Shown here: positions 26,343 through 33,787 of the stretch, in pieces | Numbering within the stretch: position 1 is the stretch's first letter | Layout: every line of letters begins with the position of its first letter | Origin: an uncultured Candidatus Saccharibacteria bacterium | Lineage (GTDB): Bacteria > Patescibacteriota > Saccharimonadia > Saccharimonadales > Saccharimonadaceae | Assembly: GCA_964629195.1 (NCBI GenBank) | Contig: CAZVPV010000004.1 | Coordinates: 4,853-68,852 of the forward strand | DNA: 64,000 nucleotides | Direction of reading: 5' to 3' | Translations under genes and position numbers: made by a program | Notes under the pieces: generated by a model | Databases searched by the model: none | Seen by the model: only the letters and a program-made list of their open reading frames with translations | Told to the model about the DNA's origin: nothing

Positions 26343-26632
26343 AGAGACCTCCATATTGTTAAAGTTCACTCCGGGCCTGTCCCGGTAGCCTGGCCATTCA
26401 TCTTTATTTTAGAATGTTTCTCTCGTCCTATAAGTATCGTCAAGGTACAATCGGCCCATTCGCCAATAAAAATATCCTGTACCAGAGTGTGGCTCAGGCG
26501 CATGATTCTGGAAGTCATCCAGGTGGCTATTTAGCCTGCGCCACGCTCTGAAACGGGATTGTCAACTTATTAATCATGCTAATGCGCCGCCACAGCGCCC
26601 AATTACTCTTACACACCCACTCGGTGTGTACT
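26343..26632 (-). ncRNA. candidate ~290-nt structured RNA / long 5' leader
   Basis: Starts at the predicted TSS of the promoter at 26667-26639 and appears GC-richer than its flanks. Three structures are visible: a 5' hairpin at 26610-26630 (8 bp), a long-range helix pairing 26540-26550 with 26483-26493 (11 bp, 1 mismatch), and a hairpin at 26371-26385. Only tiny RBS-less ORFs occur within it. Confidence 0.3.
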
Positions 26633-26638
26633 AATACC

Positions 26639-26667
26639 ATGATAGTGTGTATGTATAAAATAGTCAA
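26639..26667 (-). promoter_or_regulatory. promoter TTGACT-17-TATCAT on minus strand
   Basis: Hexamers and the 17-nt spacer read directly. Confidence 0.55.
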
Positions 26668-26849
26668 GTAATTATTATGATTATTTTCAAGTTTTTCTTA
26701 CAGGCATTAGCAGTATGAATAGCAAGCTTAATACTATTGCCATTTTAGACAAAAAGTTGCATAAGAATAATCGGCATAAAAGTTCGCACGAGGGTGGTTT
26801 GTGTGCTAGATTATAGCTAAGATAATATCAAATTACAGAAAGGTTTGTT

Positions 26850-27152
26850 ATGATTAAAGAACTACCAATCAACCTCAGATGCAGGAAAGAGTACGGAGAG
26901 CCAACCGACGAGAATATCCAGCGAGCTACAAGGCTAGCGAGCAACCACGAAGAGAATGGATATCTACGTTTCGTACTACATTTTTACGAAAACGAACACA
27001 GCGCAGACATAATACCGCTATTCTACGATATCGCCATCAAGCCAGCACGAGTTAAAGCGCTAGAGTTTGACGGGGTACCTTTTGTGAAACATTGGTGCAA
27101 GCTGTGGCAAATCCCAGAAGAAGAGTTCTACAAGTGGTTCGTGCTTGACTAG
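26850..27152 (+). CDS. hypothetical accessory protein (100 aa)
   Basis: GAAAGG RBS; no recognisable motif. It lies in the lysis-to-int accessory region. Confidence 0.55.
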   Translation: MIKELPINLRCRKEYGEPTDENIQRATRLASNHEENGYLRFVLHFYENEHSADIIPLFYDIAIKPARVKALEFDGVPFVKHWCKLWQIPEEEFYKWFVLD

Positions 27153-27159
27153 TTCTATC

Positions 27160-27188
27160 TTGACAAACCCTCACTAGTTTGCTACAAT
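27160..27188 (+). promoter_or_regulatory. consensus promoter TTGACA-17-TACAAT
   Basis: Read directly, 8 nt after the stop of the 100-aa gene. Confidence 0.6.
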
Positions 27189-27194
27189 AGAAAC

Positions 27195-27247
27195 ATCAAG
27201 ATGGACACTTGAAGCCCCGCCTCTCTTTTGAGGGGATGGGGCTTTTT
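27195..27247 (+). ncRNA. candidate ~53-nt small RNA (or attenuator): stem-loop 1 plus intrinsic terminator
   Basis: SL1 is TCAAG-atggaca-CTTGA (27196-27212). The terminator is AGCCCC..GGGGCT with an inner CCTC/GAGG pair, followed by TTTTT (27213-27247). Confidence 0.4.
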
Positions 27248-27419
27248 GTGCCCTGCAAATACAAATACGGTTAGGCGTATTCGCGCTCGAAATACGTTTA
27301 ACCGTCATAATCCCGGCATGGCGTATTTTCTCATAAGTATGGTATGCCGAACAATAAATTGCCAAAAGCCGTGATGACGAGCGGTCAGGTTTTTGGTGCT
27401 ATAAATTATAAGGAGGTAT

Positions 27420-27695
27420 ATGGGGAGAGGAGCTAACGTTAACGTTAACGTTCAAGAAAGGCGTCGGCTGAAGAAAGCTTACGAAAGTCGGATCGTCAAG
27501 GACATCATGCGAGAACTTGGTCCGTCTGCCAAGAAGGATGAAGGCTGGTGGCACAAGGTGGCGCAGAACTTATCGGAAAATGAGGTGCGGATCGGGCTCG
27601 AGATTGCGGCAAATAAGAAGCCGTTTGGTTTGGAGCGTGTGAGATATGTGAGCGGTATCTATGCTAACATGTTGAAGAAGCGGCTGAAACGCTAG
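27420..27695 (+). CDS. small basic protein (91 aa); excisionase/RDF candidate by position only
   Basis: TAAGGAGG RBS; Arg/Lys-rich; immediately upstream of int. Confidence 0.5.
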   Translation: MGRGANVNVNVQERRRLKKAYESRIVKDIMRELGPSAKKDEGWWHKVAQNLSENEVRIGLEIAANKKPFGLERVRYVSGIYANMLKKRLKR

Positions 27696-27729
27696 AGCTA
27701 TTTCCAAATCGTACAAATATCGGCAAAAA

Positions 27730-27788
27730 GTTCCGGATTTTGGGTGTTCTAGGAAGATTTTCTGCAAAAACAGGTAGAAATCCGGAAC
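27730..27788. promoter_or_regulatory. 11-bp perfect inverted repeat GTTCCGGATTT ... AAATCCGGAAC (37-nt spacer) upstream of int
   Basis: Read directly at 27730-27740 and 27778-27788. Confidence 0.6.
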
Positions 27789-27841
27789 AAAAGTACCCCT
27801 CCCCAGCATTATCAACTTAATGGGCGGGAGGAGTTATTTTT

Positions 27842-28723
27842 ATGCTAATATCGGAGGCGTTTGACCTGTATATCAGAGAAGAGATAGTGGCGAACGGTGG
27901 GTCATTTAACACTTGCGAGGGGTACAAGTATGCCATGAAGGCATTCATTACAGAGTGGAGCAATATCGACATCGAAGAGATTACTCCGCTCTCAGTCAAA
28001 CAATTTACCTTCAACTTTCAGTTCAACACTAAGGGTAGGGAGCATTCGGCAGGCACTACGAGAGATTATCTAGCATGCCTGCGCTCAGTATTACGCATGT
28101 GTAGGGAGCGTAGTGTTCAGACCATCTCGCCAGATACCATTAAGCTTCCGAAGCGAGAGAAGAAGGTTCCGCTTTGCCTCGAAGGATATGAGATTGAGCA
28201 ACTCATCCAAGCGGCTAGCCATCCTTGTCGGGGTTACCCAGCGATTAACCGCTTTCGTAATGTATTGATTATTAAGATGTTATATGCAACTGGGTTAAGA
28301 ATCAGCGAACTGTGCAGGCTAGACATCAACGATATCCATAATCGTGAGTTTGTGGTCGTGGGTAAAAGCAAAGACCCTCGAGTATGCTATATTACTGAAG
28401 AAATCGAGGAGATGATCACGCAATACCTCAGCATGAGAACCGATAATAATGCCGCTCTTTTTGTATCGGCACAGACAGGGGGAAAACGTCTTTCCCCCAA
28501 AACTGTGCAAATGATATTCAGACGGATACGTCGACAACTGCCGGTCGGTAAGGCTACGCCACATACTATGCGGCACTCGTTCTGTACTAAACTGCTTGAT
28601 TGTGGTGTGGATATACGGCATACTGCTAAGCTCATGGGGCACCAAAATTGGGATACCACGCGCATTTATACCCACATAAAAGATCGGCAACTGAAGGACG
28701 TTTATGATACTGTCATGAGGTAG
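27842..28723 (+). CDS. int: tyrosine recombinase / phage integrase (XerC/D-like, 293 aa)
   Basis: GGGAGGAG RBS. Catalytic signature is present: ATGLRISEL (Arg), HTMRHSF (His-x-x-Arg), GHQNWDTTRIYTH (His/Trp and Tyr). Confidence 0.9.
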   Translation: MLISEAFDLYIREEIVANGGSFNTCEGYKYAMKAFITEWSNIDIEEITPLSVKQFTFNFQFNTKGREHSAGTTRDYLACLRSVLRMCRERSVQTISPDTIKLPKREKKVPLCLEGYEIEQLIQAASHPCRGYPAINRFRNVLIIKMLYATGLRISELCRLDINDIHNREFVVVGKSKDPRVCYITEEIEEMITQYLSMRTDNNAALFVSAQTGGKRLSPKTVQMIFRRIRRQLPVGKATPHTMRHSFCTKLLDCGVDIRHTAKLMGHQNWDTTRIYTHIKDRQLKDVYDTVMR

Positions 28724-28732
28724 AAGTTATGC

Positions 28733-28761
28733 TTGACATTTTATGGTAGATGAGCTATACT
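28733..28761 (+). promoter_or_regulatory. consensus promoter TTGACA-17-TATACT pointing at attR
   Basis: Read directly, 10 nt after the int stop. Confidence 0.55.
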
Positions 28762-28830
28762 GAGGATAGTTAAGAATGAACTTTTCCAATTCTACTAGTT
28801 AGGTTAAGTCTGTTTCATCTCTGTTGGGTG

Positions 28831-28893
28831 GTTGGCTAGAGCGTTTCTTTGACGTAGAAAAGGTCAGAGGTTCGAGTCCTCTATCGACCACCA
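28831..28893 (+). tRNA. 3' fragment of tRNA-Val(GAC), from D-loop to CCA; attR core, not a complete gene
   Basis: Anticodon arm TTTCT-TTGACGT-AGAAA (28844-28860, anticodon GAC). Variable loop AGGTC. T-arm AGAGG-TTCGAGT-CCTCT. Acceptor 3' strand ATCGACC, then A and CCA. No matching 5' acceptor strand or D-stem lies upstream. Confidence 0.7.
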
Positions 28894-28894
28894 G

Positions 28895-28927
28895 AAAATA
28901 AAGTAGACAATTTGTCTACTTTATTTT
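28895..28927. terminator. 15-bp perfect hairpin AAAATAAAGTAGACA/TGTCTACTTTATTTT (bidirectional)
   Basis: Read directly. It follows the tRNA fragment and also lies downstream of the - strand 303-aa gene. Confidence 0.8.
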
Positions 28928-28962
28928 CTTGATGTGTAGTTATCCGCACTGAGCTTAGGCAA

Positions 28963-29874
28963 TTAGCGGTCATGACGGCTGCGACGGCAGATGAGGTAGA
29001 TAGCCATACCGCCGACGGCGCCGAAAGCGATGAGGCCAGTCAGAAGGTAGTCGAGGCGAGAAATGTTGAGGTCGCCAATGAAAATACCGGTATCAGGCAC
29101 TTCTGGCGTACCCGGGAGGACGTATGGGAAGTCGACTGGGTTGATAGCGATAATATTGCCGGCGGCGTCGTAACTGACGAGCACAGCTGTATAATCGCCT
29201 GGGTCAGCGCCATATTCAGCAAATGGCAGCGTGATCATGACCTGACCGTTTTCATCAATTTGATCGCGGTTTACGATGATTGGATGCTCGGCACCATTTT
29301 CGTCGACAAACAGAGCGTTGCCATCTTTGTCGTAGACTTGCACTTGAATCTTATCAACATCAGTGCTAACTTCGGCCTTGATCTTAGGATCGCCCTTCGC
29401 ATCGACGCCGTCGTAGGTAGCATTCATGACGCGATACTGGAAGGAAACCGTATCTTCGCGCTGATCGCCAGTGGCGCCGTAGGCAATTGTGCTGAGGCGG
29501 AAATTGTTATTGCCCGTGTAACGGCGCAGGTCTAGCATAAAACTATGCACGCCGTCGTCGTCGGTAGGTGAGAATGAACCGACTGGGATACGAACATCTT
29601 GACCGTCTTGGTTGGTGTAACTCAAAAAGTAATCGATTTTGGTGGCTTTGCTGTAGCTGGTACTGACTTCGAGGTCGGGATTGGTCAGAATGGCGCCATC
29701 CTGGGGCGAAGTAAAGGCCACACTTAAGCTAATTTCATTAACTCTGACGGTAACGTTAACATCAGTTTCCATAGCCGACGCATCGGGCGACGGAATGGAA
29801 ATAGCTGCGGCTAGCATTGCTCCGACCATAGTCAAACCAAGTAGCCCAAAAATGCGTTTTTTGCCTATTTGCAT
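28963..29874 (-). CDS. cell-surface protein with Ig-like beta domains and LPXTG-like (VPDTG) sorting signal (303 aa)
   Basis: Signal peptide (..PSPDASA). C-terminal EVPDTG, then a hydrophobic segment and an RRSRHDR tail. Confidence 0.65.
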   Translation of the reverse strand: MQIGKKRIFGLLGLTMVGAMLAAAISIPSPDASAMETDVNVTVRVNEISLSVAFTSPQDGAILTNPDLEVSTSYSKATKIDYFLSYTNQDGQDVRIPVGSFSPTDDDGVHSFMLDLRRYTGNNNFRLSTIAYGATGDQREDTVSFQYRVMNATYDGVDAKGDPKIKAEVSTDVDKIQVQVYDKDGNALFVDENGAEHPIIVNRDQIDENGQVMITLPFAEYGADPGDYTAVLVSYDAAGNIIAINPVDFPYVLPGTPEVPDTGIFIGDLNISRLDYLLTGLIAFGAVGGMAIYLICRRSRHDR

Positions 29875-29985
29875 ATCCTACACTCTTTCTTTTTAGTTTT
29901 TGTTTTGAATTCGCATCAAGCAAACCGTCTCGCAGAATACTACTCGCAATAGTATTACGGTGGCTTGTATACTAGCCAGCTAAAA

Positions 29986-30987
29986 CTAGACTAGCATACG
30001 AGCTTTGCGCTCTTTGCGTTTTCTGATTATGATTATAATCCAGACGATGATAACTGTCAACAACAAAATGATTAAAAGTAGGATAGGTATTGGCATAATA
30101 ACTACCATATGAGTTTCGTCTTTGACAGTGCCGCCGGCTGAGATTTTATAATTAACCATGAAGATGCCGAGATATGGCGTGTTCTCCCAATTCATGTCGA
30201 GATGATATTCGATGTCTGGATAAGCTGCTACAGCGTCGGTTTTCTCTTCGAGTACCTTGCCGAAGAAGGTGCGAGCGGTGTAGTAAGAGTTGATCGTAAA
30301 ATCGGTATTGCCAGAGTTTTTCACGGTAGCGTGCGCAGAAAGTGGGCCGGCGACCTTAAAGCGGTCAAAACCATAATCGGTGATTTCGGCTACTTGGCGA
30401 ACATCACCAATAGAACGGCCGGAAATCGCGATGGCGGCGCGAGCGTTAGTGTTGATCCCCATACCGCCAGAAGCGTTATTGTCGGCACGGTCAGCCTCGG
30501 CCCAGATTACGGCGCGTTGCATGCCGCCAGGGATGTCGTCGGGGACCGTGACGCGGAAGGGCACGCTAACCGTCTCGCCGGCACCAACGTTATAATAAAC
30601 GTCGCTCAAAAATTCACCCTGCCCGTTGTCGAGTTTAAGCCAGCGAGAGATTTGGGTATAAGTATTATCGCTACTAGTGAAATCAGCCTCGTTGTCTTCG
30701 CTAGTGATCGAGTAGGGCGAGACATAGACGTGTACTCGGAGTGGGGCGGAGCCGTTATTTTGGATTTCGACATGGCAACCATAAGCTTCGCCGACAGTAG
30801 TACACATATCGGAATTCCCTTCAATGACTTCACCGCTTTGCATGGTGACATTGACAGCGGTGGGCGAGACTTGAAGCTCGACAGCTTGCGGCTCATCGGC
30901 GAAGACCGGGGTAGAGGTCAGCACTGCGCCGAGTAGCGCCGTAGCGGCGGCGAGTCCTAGCGAAATTTTGTGTTGAAATATGCTCAT
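29986..30987 (-). CDS. TM-anchored surface protein, divergent DUF916/DUF3324-like paralogue (333 aa)
   Basis: Signal peptide, beta-rich body, and a C-terminal TM helix plus RKRKERKAR tail. It shares N(S/T)GN.. and LGIF motifs with the two 306/307-aa paralogues. Confidence 0.6.
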   Translation of the reverse strand: MSIFQHKISLGLAAATALLGAVLTSTPVFADEPQAVELQVSPTAVNVTMQSGEVIEGNSDMCTTVGEAYGCHVEIQNNGSAPLRVHVYVSPYSITSEDNEADFTSSDNTYTQISRWLKLDNGQGEFLSDVYYNVGAGETVSVPFRVTVPDDIPGGMQRAVIWAEADRADNNASGGMGINTNARAAIAISGRSIGDVRQVAEITDYGFDRFKVAGPLSAHATVKNSGNTDFTINSYYTARTFFGKVLEEKTDAVAAYPDIEYHLDMNWENTPYLGIFMVNYKISAGGTVKDETHMVVIMPIPILLLIILLLTVIIVWIIIIIRKRKERKARMLV

Positions 30988-30999
30988 TTTTATAACTCC

Positions 31000-31923
31000 T
31001 TATTTACGCGTTTTAATTCGAGTAGCGATCCAGAAGATGATGCAGAAAATCAGTAGGAGCAGGACGAAAAGTAACCAAACTGGGCAGAGGAAGACAATTT
31101 TTTCGGTAATTGACTTTTCGTCAAGAACAGAGACGGTTTGCTTAACACGGAAAATGCCGAGATGCGGGGCGTTGTCCCAAGTTTGAGTGCTGAGGCGGCT
31201 GGTTTCGGGGAGGATGACCATTTCAGTGGGATGATCTTCGTTGGAGTAGATTTCTTCCCCGCCGAAAAGCGAATAGACCTGCAAAACATAGGAAGCGGAA
31301 ATATGAACATTACCAGTGTTCTCGACTGTGGCTGAGGCTATAATGGGTGGATTGAAGCGGATGCTGGGGATTTTGTTATTGGTCACTTTAGCGCTTTTGA
31401 CGGTCTCGCCAGAAACGGTGGAATAGAGTACGAAACCAATTTGCTTGGTAGCGGTGACGGCGGTACCGGCTGCCTCGGATTCGGGCTCAATCATTTGGAT
31501 CAAGATAGCTGCGTATTGCCCGCCGCTGGGGGCATTGTTTGGCACTTTGACGGTGTAGGAAACTTCGGCTTTTTCACCCGGCTCAAGATTGCCGCTCTCG
31601 GGGCTGACTGTCACCCAATCAATAATATGGTTATAATCAGTAGCATGCTCGAAATCTGAGGTGTAAAGCTCATCACTCACAGTATAGGATGAAGGTGTGG
31701 CTTTGTAGCCAATTTTGCTCGAGCCAGTGTTTTCGACGGTAAAAGTACCAGTATAAGTTTTGCCCGGGATGAGTTCGCCGAGTTCGGCTTTGGCCGGGCT
31801 GACACGCATGCGATAAGGCTCCGTTTCAACTGCGCTAGCAAAACCTGACACGTTGGTGATGGCTAATAATGTCGACAGAAAAAGTGCGCTAAACACACGA
31901 CGAAAAGCCTTCAAACCTTTCAT
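31000..31923 (-). CDS. TM-anchored surface protein, DUF916/DUF3324-like (307 aa)
   Basis: Signal peptide and a C-terminal TM helix plus basic tail. Clear paralogue of 32762-33682 (VENTGNV, ILPET, LGIFRVKQTV). Confidence 0.65.
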   Translation of the reverse strand: MKGLKAFRRVFSALFLSTLLAITNVSGFASAVETEPYRMRVSPAKAELGELIPGKTYTGTFTVENTGSSKIGYKATPSSYTVSDELYTSDFEHATDYNHIIDWVTVSPESGNLEPGEKAEVSYTVKVPNNAPSGGQYAAILIQMIEPESEAAGTAVTATKQIGFVLYSTVSGETVKSAKVTNNKIPSIRFNPPIIASATVENTGNVHISASYVLQVYSLFGGEEIYSNEDHPTEMVILPETSRLSTQTWDNAPHLGIFRVKQTVSVLDEKSITEKIVFLCPVWLLFVLLLLIFCIIFWIATRIKTRK

Positions 31924-31996
31924 TTACCTCCTTTAATTCAATCTATAATATATTATATATCACACGACTTTGAAGCGCAAGAACTTTCTAGGCACG

Positions 31997-32021
31997 CAAA
32001 AAACACCCTCCGGAGAGGGCG
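31997..32021 (-). terminator. rho-independent terminator (CCCTC-cgga-GAGGG plus U-tract on - strand)
   Basis: Read directly downstream of the 186-aa gene. Confidence 0.6.
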
Positions 32022-32045
32022 TTTCTCAAAAAGTGTCAGTAGCGG

Positions 32046-32606
32046 TTAGGGACCGACGCTAGCATTAGCGGTAGCAGTCAAAACGACTGAACCCGAATAG
32101 GTACCAGCTGGCTGGTTCGGGGCAACTGAAACCTCGAAGTCCAAATCGTAGCTGTCGCCAGTGGTGGCATCGCCCGTGGTTGGAGGCGTAACTGAAGCAA
32201 CGTTGGCGAACTGGGTCGGAGTGGTGCTAGCACCCATCATAGCAGAGATGCTACCGATCTTGTATCCCCAGTTCGAAACGCCGGTTGCTGGAGCAGTGCC
32301 GCCAGGAATGACGTTGCTGCCGCTTTTTAGCTCAGCGTTATCGTTCGCAGCGATGGTGGCGGTGTAGCCATTTGTCACATTAGTACGGACGAGGACTTTA
32401 GTACCGCCGGTAGCGTTCGCAGTGTGCGAGGCTTGACCGAGGTCTACGTTGGTGCTCGTAGCAGCAATCTCAATCATTTCACCCACTTCGACATTGATGT
32501 TGACCGTTTCACTATCGTCAAGCGCGTATGCACTGAGTGGCATGGCGGCGATTCCTAACCCGGCAACTACGCCCAAGGTGGCGATGGTTTTAACCATTTT
32601 GGACAT
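32046..32606 (-). CDS. secreted WxL-like surface protein (186 aa from ATG 32606)
   Basis: AAAGGAAAAAT then ATG. Signal peptide MSKMVKTIATLGVVAGLGIAAMPLSAYA. Paralogue of 33788-34462. Confidence 0.6.
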   Translation of the reverse strand: MSKMVKTIATLGVVAGLGIAAMPLSAYALDDSETVNINVEVGEMIEIAATSTNVDLGQASHTANATGGTKVLVRTNVTNGYTATIAANDNAELKSGSNVIPGGTAPATGVSNWGYKIGSISAMMGASTTPTQFANVASVTPPTTGDATTGDSYDLDFEVSVAPNQPAGTYSGSVVLTATANASVGP

Positions 32607-32712
32607 ATTTTTCCTTTCGTGTTTATTTTTATGACCTTTTGTGTCTCTATTATACATAAGCATAAAATGAATGTCAACACTTTTTGGCAGATTTTAGCTA
32701 AGAATTTTCGAC

Positions 32713-32742
32713 AAAAGAGCGACCCCTAACGGCCGCTCTTTT
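32713..32742. terminator. bidirectional terminator AAAAGAGCG..CGCTCTTTT
   Basis: Read directly downstream of the 306-aa gene. Confidence 0.65.
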
Positions 32743-32761
32743 AGCTTATTGCTGGCGAAGG

Positions 32762-33682
32762 TTATTTCTTCTTGCGTCCGTGAATACGACTGATGATCCA
32801 AAAGATAATGAGAAAGACTAGCAGGATGAAGACAAAGAGTAGCCAGAATGGGCAGACAATAACGAATTTTTCGACCGTGCTGGTTTCGTCGAAAATGGTG
32901 ACGGTTTGTTTAACACGGAAAACGCCGAGACTAGGGCAGTCGTCCCAAGAAATCGAGTTGAAGCGCTTCGTCTCGGGCAGGATGAGGCTCTCTTCCGGCT
33001 CTTCTTCGTTAGTGAAGACTTCTTCGTCACTGAAAAGCGGGAAAATCTGGACACTGTATTTGGCGTGAGTGTAGACATTACCAGTGTTCTCAACTACGGA
33101 CGAGACGGTGAGGGGGGCAGCAGAGACAAAGCCTGGAACATTGTTGCTGATGATGTTGGCTGTCTTGGTAATTTCACCGTCAACGTTGCCGAGGATGCGA
33201 TAGCCAAGCTGACGCACAGTCTCAACGGCGGTTGAGTCGCCAGTTTCTTTGTTGTCCATGGTAATCGTGATGATAGCAGACTGTGCGCCACCGTGCGCAT
33301 CGGCCGGAACATTAATTGTATAGTTCAGCTCAGTTTCGGTACCCGAGGCGAGGAAGCCTTTCGACTTGTCGACCGAAATCCAGTCAGAAATGTCGGTGTA
33401 TTTGGTCTGGTCAGTGTAGTTTGGCTGATAATCTTCCCCTTTGACGCTATACGGGGCAAAACCGACGGTATAGTTAAAATCATGTTTACCAGTGTTTTTG
33501 ATAGTGAAATTGCCAGTACGGGTTTCGCCGGGTTTAAGATCTTCGAATTCCTTGATGGTTGGCGTAATTGCGAGACGATATTCGGGCAAATCATCTGCCA
33601 AGGCGACCGGAATGTTAGTAATTGCAAGCGCAAGGGCCGCGAGTACGGCCACAAAATGTTTGAATTTTTTATGTAAAATCAT
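32762..33682 (-). CDS. TM-anchored surface protein, DUF916/DUF3324-like (306 aa)
   Basis: AAGGAGG RBS, signal peptide, and a C-terminal TM helix plus HGRKKK tail. Confidence 0.65.
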   Translation of the reverse strand: MILHKKFKHFVAVLAALALAITNIPVALADDLPEYRLAITPTIKEFEDLKPGETRTGNFTIKNTGKHDFNYTVGFAPYSVKGEDYQPNYTDQTKYTDISDWISVDKSKGFLASGTETELNYTINVPADAHGGAQSAIITITMDNKETGDSTAVETVRQLGYRILGNVDGEITKTANIISNNVPGFVSAAPLTVSSVVENTGNVYTHAKYSVQIFPLFSDEEVFTNEEEPEESLILPETKRFNSISWDDCPSLGVFRVKQTVTIFDETSTVEKFVIVCPFWLLFVFILLVFLIIFWIISRIHGRKKK

Positions 33683-33745
33683 GAACCTCCTTACTTCGTT
33701 TCATTATAGCATACTCCGATGGACTAAGGTACGACTTTTGGCAAC

Positions 33746-33772
33746 AAAATACCGCCCCGAAAGGCGGTATTT
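33746..33772. terminator. terminator AATACCGCC-ccgaaa-GGCGGTATT
   Basis: Read directly downstream of the 224-aa gene. Confidence 0.65.
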
Positions 33773-33787
33773 CTGAAGTCGGCTGAC

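Larger units (their letters stand above)
1..28893 (+). mobile_element. Prophage, right-hand ~28.9 kb (left end lies upstream of the window); podovirus-like gene order
   Basis: Contiguous + strand phage modules (exonuclease, terS/terL, portal, scaffold, capsid, giant internal protein, tail, endolysin/holin, integrase). They end at a tRNA-Val 3' fragment, which is followed by host housekeeping genes. Confidence 0.85.

Noticed and set aside
27174-27365. 63-aa - strand ORF in the int-proximal intergenic region
   Set aside because: It has no RBS, overlaps the + strand promoter-terminator unit, and has an implausible composition. The region is better explained as regulatory or RNA-coding.
27435-27452. 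AACGTT x3 tandem palindromic hexamers
   Set aside because: They lie inside the 91-aa ORF and encode VNVNVN. This is most simply a short coding slippage repeat, and there is no second copy or flanking symmetry.
28817-28893. A complete tRNA-Val gene at the prophage end
   Set aside because: The anticodon arm, variable loop, T-arm and acceptor 3' strand plus CCA are perfect. However, no upstream 7-mer can pair with ATCGACC: the best candidate, GGTTGGC, lies inside what is clearly the D-loop. No GCTC-type D-stem 5' strand exists either. I treat it as a 3' fragment (attR core).
28972-30936. + strand ORFs of 187 and 244 aa opposite the surface-protein genes
   Set aside because: These are shadow ORFs. 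The - strand products have signal peptides, paralogy and RBSs, and the + strand products have none.
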